A stretch of 64,000 nucleotides of DNA, from contig OZ252149.1 in NCBI GenBank assembly GCA_965248755.1, positions 1,568,001 to 1,632,000 of the forward strand, in the 5' to 3' direction. Below the pieces are notes generated by a model. It saw only the letters and a program-made list of their open reading frames with translations, had not been told where the DNA came from and did no database searches. How positions within the stretch are numbered: position 1 is the stretch's first letter; each line of letters starts with the position of its first letter. The translations under genes and the position numbers were made by a program. This DNA is from Candidatus Latescibacterota bacterium (lineage in GTDB: Bacteria > Latescibacterota > CBDEFO01). This document shows, piece after piece, positions 1-9,329 of this stretch.

Positions 1-257
1 GCGGTCCCGTCTATGTTGATCAGCAGAATGGGCCCGGCAGCACCGTCAGTGTCTACCAGAATTCCACCTCCTGACTCAGACAATTCGGGGTACACTGCTG
101 TATCTACGACGATGCGCCCTTTCTCGACGACACCGTGGTAGACAGACATAGTCGCACATCCGGAGAGTCCATATACCGAAAGCCCCGACGCCATGACTAT
201 CTCTCCAGATTCTATGAGAAACCTCCGCCGCGTCATACCATTTTCAGGCCGTCCCAT
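1..257 (-). CDS. Tat-exported lipoprotein, probably Rieske (2Fe-2S) domain; runs off the window edge
   Basis: Manual translation MGRPENGMTRRRFLIESGEIVMASGLSVYGLSGCATM...: twin-arginine motif and LSGC lipobox, directly downstream of the di-heme gene. The Rieske Cys/His motifs would lie outside the window, so the product is inferred. Confidence 0.55.
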   Translation of the reverse strand, partial: MGRPENGMTRRRFLIESGEIVMASGLSVYGLSGCATMSVYHGVVEKGRIVVDTAVYPELSESGGGILVDTDGAAGPILLINIDGT

Positions 258-269
258 ATAATCTTTCTA

Positions 270-1523
270 TCACAGCGACATCAGGAAAGCGATGAGGGCC
301 TTTCGGTCGGTATCCGAAAGTGCCATAAACCCGTTTCGTGCCGCCTCGGCCTCTCCCCCGTGCAATTCGATTGCCTCGCCCAGATCCGTAGTCCATCCGT
401 CGTGCAGATAGAACGCCGTCCCACCAAGAGGATCGCCGGCCAGCCGCAGTCCAAAGAGCGGCGGGGTGCGCCATTCATACCCATGGGCGCTCCCGTCCGG
501 GCGGTTGTCGGCTAACTCTGGCCCCATGTCATGCAGCAGAAGGTCGGAATAGAGATGTGCCTCCACCTGGTTTAACTGAGGGATCGGGCTTGGCCCCGTT
601 TTCAACATTGGCACGTGGCAAGATACACAATTCATCTCCATGAACAGTTTTTCACCACTACGAACCACAGCGGTGATCTCACCCCGATTGGGCGGTGTCA
701 GTAGCCTTAGATACATCACCACATCTAACACCGCAGAGGCTGAAATCTCCGGATCGGGAGCCACGTCACCAACCACATCGCCCAATTGGGCATGGACGGT
801 CTCCTCCGGCATAAAGTCGCTGGTTATGCCCATATCCTGAAGATGGGCCACCACATCCAGCTCAAGCAGAGAGGAGAAGTTCGCCTTGCGACCAAACCTG
901 CCTACGGCGAGTCCCGGACCTGCTCCCACCATATACGACGGCACAAAGTCTGCGGCCTCCACCCAATTTATACGCCCTGAGATCCCATCCCCATCTGCAT
1001 CGTCAGGGTCTTCAAGCGCCAGAAGGGTCTCCTCAGGAATTCCCTCGATCAACCCCACCCCAAAGACCGGCGGTGGCATCCTGACTGATATGTCCACACC
1101 AGGCGGCAGTGTCTCCGGTGGCACTCCCGGGATGCTATGATTCTGGAGCTGATCTCCTCCTAACTCCGGGACCAGATCCGCTCCACGGCTGAAACGAGTC
1201 AGGGCTAATGAGGGCGTTCCCCGGCCATCCCCGGGATGACAGCTTTCACAGCTCGGCTGGTTGAAAATAGGCCCCAACCCCTCCGCGACGGTAAAGACAC
1301 GCGCGAACTGCTCATCACCCCTGGCGAACATAGCGTTTAACTCTGGCGAAAGCCCCTCGAACGCACCGTCCAGGCTCTCTCCTGCTGGCACTGAATCTGT
1401 CAGCAGTGTGTCGCAGCCGACTACGGATAGTAGCCACGTCAGCGCCGCCGCGGACATCAGCACGCGACGGACAAATGAAGGTCTTCTCTCTGCCGGAACT
1501 TTCCAACATTCTTGCATTCTCAT
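270..1523 (-). CDS. Di-heme oxidoreductase (DHOR / thiol oxidoreductase family) lipoprotein
   Basis: Two CxxCH motifs (CESCH, CVSCH), GLGPIFN, YSDLLLHDMG, WRTPPLFG, YLHDG; lipobox VVGC. Confidence 0.88.
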   Translation of the reverse strand: MRMQECWKVPAERRPSFVRRVLMSAAALTWLLSVVGCDTLLTDSVPAGESLDGAFEGLSPELNAMFARGDEQFARVFTVAEGLGPIFNQPSCESCHPGDGRGTPSLALTRFSRGADLVPELGGDQLQNHSIPGVPPETLPPGVDISVRMPPPVFGVGLIEGIPEETLLALEDPDDADGDGISGRINWVEAADFVPSYMVGAGPGLAVGRFGRKANFSSLLELDVVAHLQDMGITSDFMPEETVHAQLGDVVGDVAPDPEISASAVLDVVMYLRLLTPPNRGEITAVVRSGEKLFMEMNCVSCHVPMLKTGPSPIPQLNQVEAHLYSDLLLHDMGPELADNRPDGSAHGYEWRTPPLFGLRLAGDPLGGTAFYLHDGWTTDLGEAIELHGGEAEAARNGFMALSDTDRKALIAFLMSL

Positions 1524-1564
1524 AGATTAACTCCTTTGTGATCAAATGTGAAAATCTAGAGCTT

Positions 1565-2113
1565 TTATCTCAATTGCAAGCTCATCTCAACACCTGTTCC
1601 TATTGGAACTAAAACGCTTTGGTATCTATCCCGCACATATTCAAGATAATCATGCATCCTGTCTTTGAACATTTCAGCATTGTCGGCAACTATTAGAGCG
1701 TCTTTTGTGAGTTTTGATTCCATCAGCTTAAAGTAGCTAATGTAGTCGCTTTTAACTGCATCAAGGAAGAGGAAATCAAACTTTTCCATTAGTTTAGGTA
1801 TCTCTTCTAACGCATCACCCTGAATCAGTTTTATGTTGCTTAATCCAACTTTTTTGAAGTTGTCTGCTGCCATTTTCGCCTTCGATTCGGAGATTTCGAT
1901 AGTTGTTACCTTCCCGCCATAAGATTTGGCCGCTTCTGCCAGCAATAAAGTCGAATAACCGTTGGAGGTTCCTACTTCCAGAATGTTATTTGGTCTTAAC
2001 GCCGAAACCAGTATGAAAAAGAACTTACCGGTCTCTGGGGGGATGTTGAAATAACCCTCATTGTTTCTTCCAAATATTTCCAATTCTTCAATTAAATGCT
2101 CTGTTGCTTTCAT
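1565..2113 (-). CDS. Class I SAM-dependent O-methyltransferase (YrrM-like); start codon now supplied by the IS left end
   Basis: ILEVGTSNGYS, FDFLFLDA and ADNA motifs; the ATG at 2113-2111 is the terminal 3 nt of the IS; the native start ATG GAT AAA G lies at 14582-14573. Confidence 0.85.
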   Translation of the reverse strand: MKATEHLIEELEIFGRNNEGYFNIPPETGKFFFILVSALRPNNILEVGTSNGYSTLLLAEAAKSYGGKVTTIEISESKAKMAADNFKKVGLSNIKLIQGDALEEIPKLMEKFDFLFLDAVKSDYISYFKLMESKLTKDALIVADNAEMFKDRMHDYLEYVRDRYQSVLVPIGTGVEMSLQLR

Positions 2114-2123
2114 ACCGCTCCCC

Positions 2124-2152
2124 TTGACAGAGCGACAAATATTTCGCAAATT
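2124..2152 (+). promoter_or_regulatory. Putative weak transposase promoter within the left IR
   Basis: TTGACA-17 bp-CAAATT upstream of GGGAGG and the orfA GTG. Confidence 0.4.
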
Positions 2153-2175
2153 GGGGTTTGAGAAGGGAGGTCAAG

Positions 2176-2487
2176 GTGTCGAGCCCCGAAGTGAAAGATG
2201 GTAAGCGCTGGACGGCGACCCGTAAGGGAGAGATTGTGTTGGCTCTTTTGAGAGGAGCAGATCTATCTGAGGTGTGTCGTAAGAATGGAATTAGCCAGTC
2301 GCAGGCGTATGCTTGGCGTGATAGTTTCTTAGAAGGGGGCCAGGAGAGTCTGAAGTCTCGGCGTGGTCGCAAGGATCCGAAGGAGCGAGAGGTTAGCCGG
2401 TTGGAGCGCAAGGTAGGGCAGTTGACGCTCCAGTTGGAGATACTCGAAGAGGTAGCCCGTCTAAAAAAAACGAAGCGGTTGCCTTGA
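2176..2487 (+). CDS. IS3-family transposase OrfA (HTH)
   Basis: HTH (LSEVCRKNGISQSQAYAWRD) plus a leucine-zipper-like tail; GTG start after GGGAGG. Confidence 0.9.
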   Translation: MSSPEVKDGKRWTATRKGEIVLALLRGADLSEVCRKNGISQSQAYAWRDSFLEGGQESLKSRRGRKDPKEREVSRLERKVGQLTLQLEILEEVARLKKTKRLP

Positions 2488-2495
2488 GTGGGCGG
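2463..2495 (+). promoter_or_regulatory. Programmed -1 frameshift signal producing OrfAB
   Basis: A8 run (A AAA AAA) at 2463-2470; the -1 frame is open into orfB; downstream GCC-TTGAGTG-GGC hairpin; established IS3 mechanism. Confidence 0.75.
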
Positions 2496-3347
2496 TTTTT
2501 GGGTCGAGGCTATTCCCGCAAGGTGGTAGCTTTGGCTTTGGGTTTGCATCGTTCGACTCTGTATAGGTTTAGGGATAGAGGTGTCAGTTCTTCTGTTAAA
2601 GAGCCTGTGATAGATGAGGAGCTTGCTTTTCGTATTCGAGGGATACTGGACCAAGAAGAGGCATTTGGTCACAGGCGGGTTTGGGCGCATCTTCGTTTCA
2701 AGGAAGGGGAATGTGTCAACGTTAAGAAGGTTCATAGGATAATGAAGCTTAAGGGGTGGCAGTGTAAGCTGTGGAATCGTCCCGGGAGAAAGGGGCCACA
2801 GGTTGCCCAGAAGCGTTCTGTGGTGGATAGTCCCGACAGTTTGTGGTCGAGTGACTTGACAAAGATTTACTGTGGAAAAGATGGTTGGTGTCCTCTTATT
2901 GCGGTGGTGGACAACGGAAGCCGGGAGGTTCCTGGGTATCGTTTTAGTCGAAAAGGGAGGGCACTGGAGGCCACAGATGCCCTGGATCGGGCCGTGATCT
3001 CTCGATACACTTCCAAGGAGGCTGTCCCCCAGGGTCTCACTTTGCGCTCTGACAATGGTTCCATCTTTTTGGCTCGGGCCTATTTGGCCAGTACCGAATA
3101 TTGGGGAATTCGTCAGGAATACATACCAAGTGGTAAACCCGATTGGAACGGTGTTGTAGAGCGTTTTTTCAGGACCCTCAAGCAAGAGTGTGTTTGGCTT
3201 CACAAGTTTGAATCCTTTGAACAGGCTGAGAAGATCATATCTCAGTGGATCGATAATTACAACAAGAACAGGCTTCATTCATCCCTGGGATATAAGACCC
3301 CAAAAGAGTGGAGAAAACAATTTTATCTACTACCCCAGGTTGCTTAA
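2484..3347 (+). CDS. IS3-family transposase OrfB (DDE integrase core)
   Basis: WSSDLT, LRSDNGS, NGVVERFFRTLKQE. Confidence 0.93.
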   Translation: MSGRFLGRGYSRKVVALALGLHRSTLYRFRDRGVSSSVKEPVIDEELAFRIRGILDQEEAFGHRRVWAHLRFKEGECVNVKKVHRIMKLKGWQCKLWNRPGRKGPQVAQKRSVVDSPDSLWSSDLTKIYCGKDGWCPLIAVVDNGSREVPGYRFSRKGRALEATDALDRAVISRYTSKEAVPQGLTLRSDNGSIFLARAYLASTEYWGIRQEYIPSGKPDWNGVVERFFRTLKQECVWLHKFESFEQAEKIISQWIDNYNKNRLHSSLGYKTPKEWRKQFYLLPQVA

Positions 3348-3376
3348 TTGGTGTCGCTTTCCTGGGAAGCAGTACA

Positions 3377-4026
3377 ATATTTCTTGGGCAGAAAGAATTC
3401 TTTTACCGCCCGGTGAGCACTTCGATAAAGAACAAAAGGTAGTAATAAAATGTTTTGAAACCAAAGATATTCTTGCCTGCCCGGGTAGTGGTAAAACAAA
3501 GGCTTTGATTGCCAAGTTGTTGATTTTGTCCCGGCAAATGCCTCTTGAAAATAATAGGGGTATTTGCGTATTAACTCACACAAATGTGGCTATAAATGAA
3601 ATAAAAAGCCACGCTTACTTTGCTTCTAAAAAGCTCTCTAATTACCCAAATCATTTTGGGACAATTCAAAGTTTCGTGGATAAATATCTTGCGATACCGA
3701 CGTATATCAATCAGTTCAACCGAAGACCATTATTCATAAACAACGAAATTTATCTTGATAGGATGGAAAGAACGAGAAAATATTTAGGTAGAAAAACAAA
3801 TGCATTTTGCTATCAGAGCGGTCATAAAGATTTGCCTTATTCACTTAGATTTGAAGATTTTTCCCTGGATGATAATGGTATATGTAAAAGACTTAAATTA
3901 GATTCAAATGATACAACTCAAAGAGCACACTATGATAGATTGCTAAGACTAAAAGAACGGATACTTTTGGATGGAATACTAAGCTATGATGATGCATATT
4001 ATATAGCAGAAAGACACATTGAAAAG
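3377..4026 (+). pseudogene. 5' fragment of UvrD-like (GajB-like) helicase; native start missing
   Basis: ACPGSGKT Walker A, LTHTNVAINEI, GTIQSF; bounded by element ends. Confidence 0.85.
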
Positions 4027-4446
4027 TGTACTGCCCCCCTGGAAAGCGACACCGATTAAGCAACTTGGGGTAGCAGATATTATTGTTTTCTCCATTCTTG
4101 CAGGGTCTTGTATCCCAGGGATGAATGAAGACGGTTCTTGTCGTAATTATCGATCCACTGAGATATGATCTTCTCAGCTTGCTCAAAGGATTCGAAGCTG
4201 TGAAGTCAAACACACTCTTGCTTGAGGGTCCTGAAAAAACGCTCTACAACACCGTTCCAATCGGCCTTTCCGCTCGGAACATATTCTTGACAAACCCCTA
4301 ATATTCGGTACTTACCAAATAGGATCTAGAAAGAAAGATCGAACCGTTGTCCAGCGCTAGCCGTCTTCTGCTCTGGCGCTGACATCTTGCCCTTCGCGAA
4401 CCCTGATTTACAGAATATCTGTCGTTCTGTGAAGGGGAACGGTATG
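4027..4446 (-). mobile_element. 420-bp non-autonomous mini-IS, copy 1
   Basis: Ends CATACCGTTCCCC...GGGGGGCAGTACA; orfA start fused to the orfB 3' end. Confidence 0.9.
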
Positions 4447-4508
4447 ATATGGCAACCACCCATCTTCGATTATCGCACCTATCTTCGATTATAAATAGCC
4501 TTCTTGTT

Positions 4509-5873
4509 TCAGTTATTACTACCTGCTAACAATTCCTTATTAACATCCCAACCACTTCTCTGCAGTGCTTCTTCTTGTCCGGTAATACTATCCTTATGAA
4601 CCGCAATGCAAAGGAGACGAGATGGACGTGACATCCCTACAAAAGCCATTTTTAGATTTTGAATTACTCTTTCTTTTGGCTTAGTATGCTCTCCCTTTAT
4701 ATAATTTATTATTCGCTTAATGTCATAGTCATAAAAGAAAGTTTCAAGGTAACATGTTGCCGTATGGGTTTCGCCTTTGACACCATGAATAGTTGAAACT
4801 TCTATGTCGATATCAGTTGTTCCAGAAGAATATTTGTAGATGTTATTGCTCGAATGGGTTTCTTCATCATCCGCTTCCAAATCTGATGAATTTATAAAGA
4901 TTGTAAGTTCAACATTCACCTGATAATTAAAAAACTCCTTAAATTCATTGGTTAGATAATGTTTTATTTCTTCAAAAACTTCTTCTTGCCTGTGTATCTT
5001 CAAACACCAATTGGCGAGCCTTACCCTAAAATCCTGGTAAAAATCCGAGTTTTTTTCTGATATATATTTATGCAGTTTTTTCTCTGTGAATGCCCTTCCA
5101 TCGTCAGTTACTCCTGCAATTCTTAAGCACTTTAAGAAAGCTTCCCCTAACCTCTTCTTGTAAAAATTAACTCCATTAGATGAAATAAAACTATCAGATT
5201 GTGGAGCTAAATAACTTTTTAGATTACTAAATTCAGTTTTTTTAACTTTTATTTCTTTGGAGTAGCCGTCCCAATAACTTGGTATAGTTCTTTTTGTGTC
5301 ATGCGGTTTTCCACGCCATCCAACTGCTTTAAATACCCTTTTCTCATTCTGATGTAGATTATTTCTGATAATTATTTCACCGAATTTATCTAATACCTGC
5401 TGAATAGTATAATCATCATAAACAATGATAACAGGAGTAATTTCATTTTGCCTGCCATTTCCCGTTATTGTCTGCCGGAAAACACAAAGTTTTTCAACCT
5501 TGCTTGCTATAGCGTTAGAAAATCTTTTACTACCTGTAATACACATAGTTCTGTCGTCAATTACTGCCCAACCGCATTCCAAGTTAGGGTCATAGTCAAA
5601 TATTGATTGATTTAAATCACCTATTTTTTGAATAACAACATTATCATTGAATATTTTATTCATCAGTTCGGACTGTATTGTACTTGAATCCTGCATTTCA
5701 TCTATGAAAACATAGGCAAATCTTTTTGCAAATACGTTTTTCAAATTAGGGTGCTTTTCAATGTGTCTTTCTGCTATATAATATGCATCATCATAGCTTA
5801 GTATTCCATCCAAAAGTATCCGTTCTTTTAGTCTTAGCAATCTATCATAGTGTGCTCTTTGAGTTGTATCATT
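4509..5873 (-). pseudogene. Central and 3' fragment of the UvrD-like helicase (inverted)
   Basis: VFIDEMQD, IGDLNQSIF, SKRF, STIHGVKGETH, FVGMSRP; overlaps the 5' fragment by 120 bp. Confidence 0.85.
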
Positions 5874-6293
5874 TGTACTGCCCCCCTGGAAAGCGACACC
5901 GATTAAGCAACTTGGGGTAGCAGATATTATTGTTTTCTCCATTCTTGCAGGGTCTTGTATCCCAGGGATGAATGAAGACGGTTCTTGTCGTAATTATCGA
6001 TCCACTGAGATATGATCTTCTCAGCTTGCTCAAAGGATTCGAAGCTGTGAAGTCAAACACACTCTTGCTTGAGGGTCCTGAAAAAACGCTCTACAACACC
6101 GTTCCAATCGGCCTTTCCGCTCGGAACATATTCTTGACAAACCCCTAATATTCGGTACTTACCAAATAGGATCTAGAAAGAAAGATCGAACCGTTGTCCA
6201 GCGCTAGCCGTCTTCTGCTCTGGCGCTGACATCTTGCCCTTCGCGAACCCCGATTTACAGAATATCTGTCGTTCTGTGAAGGGGAACGGTATG
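5874..6293 (-). mobile_element. 420-bp mini-IS, copy 2
   Basis: Matches copy 1 apart from one SNP seen. Confidence 0.9.
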
Positions 6294-6355
6294 ATATGGC
6301 AACCACCCATCTTCGATTATCGCACCTATCTTCGATTATAAATAGCCTTCTTGTT

Positions 6356-6738
6356 TCAGTTATTACTACCTGCTAACAATTCCTTATTAACATCCCAACC
6401 ACTTCTCTGCAGTGCTTCTTCTTGTCCGGTAATACTATCCTTATGAACCGCAATGCAAAGGAGACGAGATGGACGTGACATCCCTACAAAAGCCATTTTT
6501 AGATTTTGAATTACTCTTTCTTTTGGCTTAGTATGCTCTCCCTTTATATAATTTATTATTCGCTTAATGTCATAGTCATAAAAGAAAGTTTCAAGGTAAC
6601 ATGTTGCCGTATGGGTTTCGCCTTTGACACCATGAATAGTTGAAACTTCTATGTCGATATCAGTTGTTCCAGAAGAATATTTGTAGATGTTATTGCTCGA
6701 ATGGGTTTCTTCATCATCCGCTTCCAAATCTGATGAAT
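6356..6738 (-). pseudogene. 3' fragment of the helicase
   Basis: Repeats the helicase C-terminal sequence. Confidence 0.85.
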
Positions 6739-6767
6739 TGTACTGCTTCCCAGGAAAGCGACACCAA

Positions 6768-7631
6768 TTAAGCAACCTGGGGTAGTAGATAAAATTGTTT
6801 TCTCCACTCTTTTGGGGTCTTATATCCCAGGGATGAATGAAGCCTGTTCTTGTTGTAATTATCGATCCACTGAGATATGATCTTCTCAGCCTGTTCAAAG
6901 GATTCAAACTTGTGAAGCCAAACACACTCTTGCTTGAGGGTCCTGAAAAAACGCTCTACAACACCGTTCCAATCGGGTTTACCACTTGGTATGTATTCCT
7001 GACGAATTCCCCAATATTCGGTACTGGCCAAATAGGCCCGAGCCAAAAAGATGGAACCATTGTCAGAGCGCAAAGTGAGACCCTGGGGGACAGCCTCCTT
7101 GGAAGTGTATCGAGAGATCACGGCCCGATCCAGGGCATCTGTGGCCTCCAGTGCCCTCCCTTTTCGACTAAAACGATACCCAGGAACCTCCCGGCTTCCG
7201 TTGTCCACCACCGCAATAAGAGGACACCAACCATCTTTTCCACAGTAAATCTTTGTCAAGTCACTCGACCACAAACTGTCGGGACTATCCACCACAGAAC
7301 GCTTCTGGGCAACCTGTGGCCCCTTTCTCCCGGGACGATTCCACAGCTTACACTGCCACCCCTTAAGCTTCATTATCCTATGAACCTTCTTAACGTTGAC
7401 ACATTCCCCTTCCTTGAAACGAAGATGCGCCCAAACCCGCCTGTGACCAAATGCCTCTTCTTGGTCCAGTATCCCTCGAATACGAAAAGCAAGCTCCTCA
7501 TCTATCACAGGCTCTTTAACAGAAGAACTGACACCTCTATCCCTAAACCTATACAGAGTCGAACGATGCAAACCCAAAGCCAAAGCTACCACCTTGCGGG
7601 AATAGCCTCGACCCAAAAACCGCCCACTCAA
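6768..7631 (-). CDS. IS3-family transposase OrfB
   Basis: Identical protein to copy 1. Confidence 0.93.
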   Translation of the reverse strand: MSGRFLGRGYSRKVVALALGLHRSTLYRFRDRGVSSSVKEPVIDEELAFRIRGILDQEEAFGHRRVWAHLRFKEGECVNVKKVHRIMKLKGWQCKLWNRPGRKGPQVAQKRSVVDSPDSLWSSDLTKIYCGKDGWCPLIAVVDNGSREVPGYRFSRKGRALEATDALDRAVISRYTSKEAVPQGLTLRSDNGSIFLARAYLASTEYWGIRQEYIPSGKPDWNGVVERFFRTLKQECVWLHKFESFEQAEKIISQWIDNYNKNRLHSSLGYKTPKEWRKQFYLLPQVA

Positions 7632-7939
7632 GGCAACCGCTTCGTTTTTTTTAGACGGGCTACCTCTTCGAGTATCTCCAACTGGAGCGTCAACTGCCCT
7701 ACCTTGCGCTCCAACCGGCTAACCTCTCGCTCCTTCGGATCCTTGCGACCACGCCGAGACTTCAGACTCTCCTGGCCCCCTTCTAAGAAACTATCACGCC
7801 AAGCATACGCCTGCGACTGGCTAATTCCATTCTTACGACACACCTCAGATAGATCTGCTCCTCTCAAAAGAGCCAACACAATCTCTCCCTTACGGGTCGC
7901 CGTCCAGCGCTTACCATCTTTCACTTCGGGGCTCGACAC
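7628..7939 (-). CDS. IS3-family transposase OrfA
   Basis: Identical protein to copy 1. Confidence 0.9.
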   Translation of the reverse strand: MSSPEVKDGKRWTATRKGEIVLALLRGADLSEVCRKNGISQSQAYAWRDSFLEGGQESLKSRRGRKDPKEREVSRLERKVGQLTLQLEILEEVARLKKTKRLP

Positions 7940-8004
7940 CTTGACCTCCCTTCTCAAACCCCAATTTGCGAAATATTTGTCGCTCTGTCAAGGGGAGCGG
8001 TATG

Positions 8005-8245
8005 CCTTGAAACTTTCTTTTATGACTATGACATTAAGCGAATAATAAATTATATAAAGGGAGAGCATACTAAGCCAAAAGAAAGAGTAATTCAAAATCT
8101 AAAAATGGCTTTTGTAGGGATGTCACGTCCATCTCGTCTCCTTTGCATTGCGGTTCATAAGGATAGTATTACCGGACAAGAAGAAGCACTGCAGAGAAGT
8201 GGTTGGGATGTTAATAAGGAATTGTTAGCAGGTAGTAATAACTGA
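8005..8245 (+). pseudogene. Short 3' fragment of the helicase
   Basis: LETFFYDYD...LAGSNN*. Confidence 0.8.
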
Positions 8246-8307
8246 AACAAGAAGGCTATTTATAATCGAAGATAGGTGCGATAATCGAAGATGGGTGGTT
8301 GCCATAT

Positions 8308-8727
8308 CATACCGTTCCCCTTCACAGAACGACAGATATTCTGTAAATCGGGGTTCGCGAAGGGCAAGATGTCAGCGCCAGAGCAGAAGACGGCTAGCGC
8401 TGGACAACGGTTCGATCTTTCTTTCTAGATCCTATTTGGTAAGTACCGAATATTAGGGGTTTGTCAAGAATATGTTCCGAGCGGAAAGGCCGATTGGAAC
8501 GGTGTTGTAGAGCGTTTTTTCAGGACCCTCAAGCAAGAGTGTGTTTGACTTCACAGCTTCGAATCCTTTGAGCAAGCTGAGAAGATCATATCTCAGTGGA
8601 TCGATAATTACGACAAGAACCGTCTTCATTCATCCCTGGGATACAAGACCCTGCAAGAATGGAGAAAACAATAATATCTGCTACCCCAAGTTGCTTAATC
8701 GGTGTCGCTTTCCAGGGGGGCAGTACA
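8308..8727 (+). mobile_element. 420-bp mini-IS, copy 3
   Basis: Same ends and body as the other copies. Confidence 0.9.
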
Positions 8728-9329
8728 AGATTGCTAAGACTAAAAGAACGGATACTTTTGGATGGAATACTAAGCTATGATGATGCATATTATATAGCAG
8801 AAAGACACATTGAAAAGCACCCTAATTTGAAAAACGTATTTGCAAAAAGATTTGCCTATGTTTTCATAGATGAAATGCAGGATTCAAGTACAATACAGTC
8901 CGAACTGATGAATAAAATATTCAATGATAATGTTGTTATTCAAAAAATAGGTGATTTAAATCAATCAATATTTGACTATGACCCTAACTTGGAATGCGGT
9001 TGGGCAGTAATTGACGACAGAACTATGTGTATTACAGGTAGTAAAAGATTTTCTAACGCTATAGCAAGCAAGGTTGAAAAACTTTGTGTTTTCCGGCAGA
9101 CAATAACGGGAAATGGCAGGCAAAATGAAATTACTCCTGTTATCATTGTTTATGATGATTATACTATTCAGCAGGTATTAGATAAATTCGGTGAAATAAT
9201 TATCAGAAATAATCTACATCAGAATGAGAAAAGGGTATTTAAAGCAGTTGGATGGCGTGGAAAACCGCATGACACAAAAAGAACTATACCAAGTTATTGG
9301 TGTACTGCTTCCCAGGAAAGCGACACCAA

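Larger units (their letters stand above)
2111..3376 (+). mobile_element. IS3-family insertion sequence, 1266 bp, copy 1
   Basis: Ends CATACCGCTCCCC...GGGAAGCAGTACA; orfA/orfB; same sequence as the other copies. Confidence 0.95.
6739..8004 (-). mobile_element. IS3-family IS, copy 2 (no target duplication; centre of inversion)
   Basis: 1266 bp; flanks GAAT and CCTT differ. Confidence 0.95.

Noticed and set aside
2088..3278. 396-515 aa ORFs antisense to each IS copy (MKPVLVVII...)
   Set aside because: Shadow frame of the transposase with no recognisable motifs; its end changes with the flanking DNA; repetition only reflects IS copies
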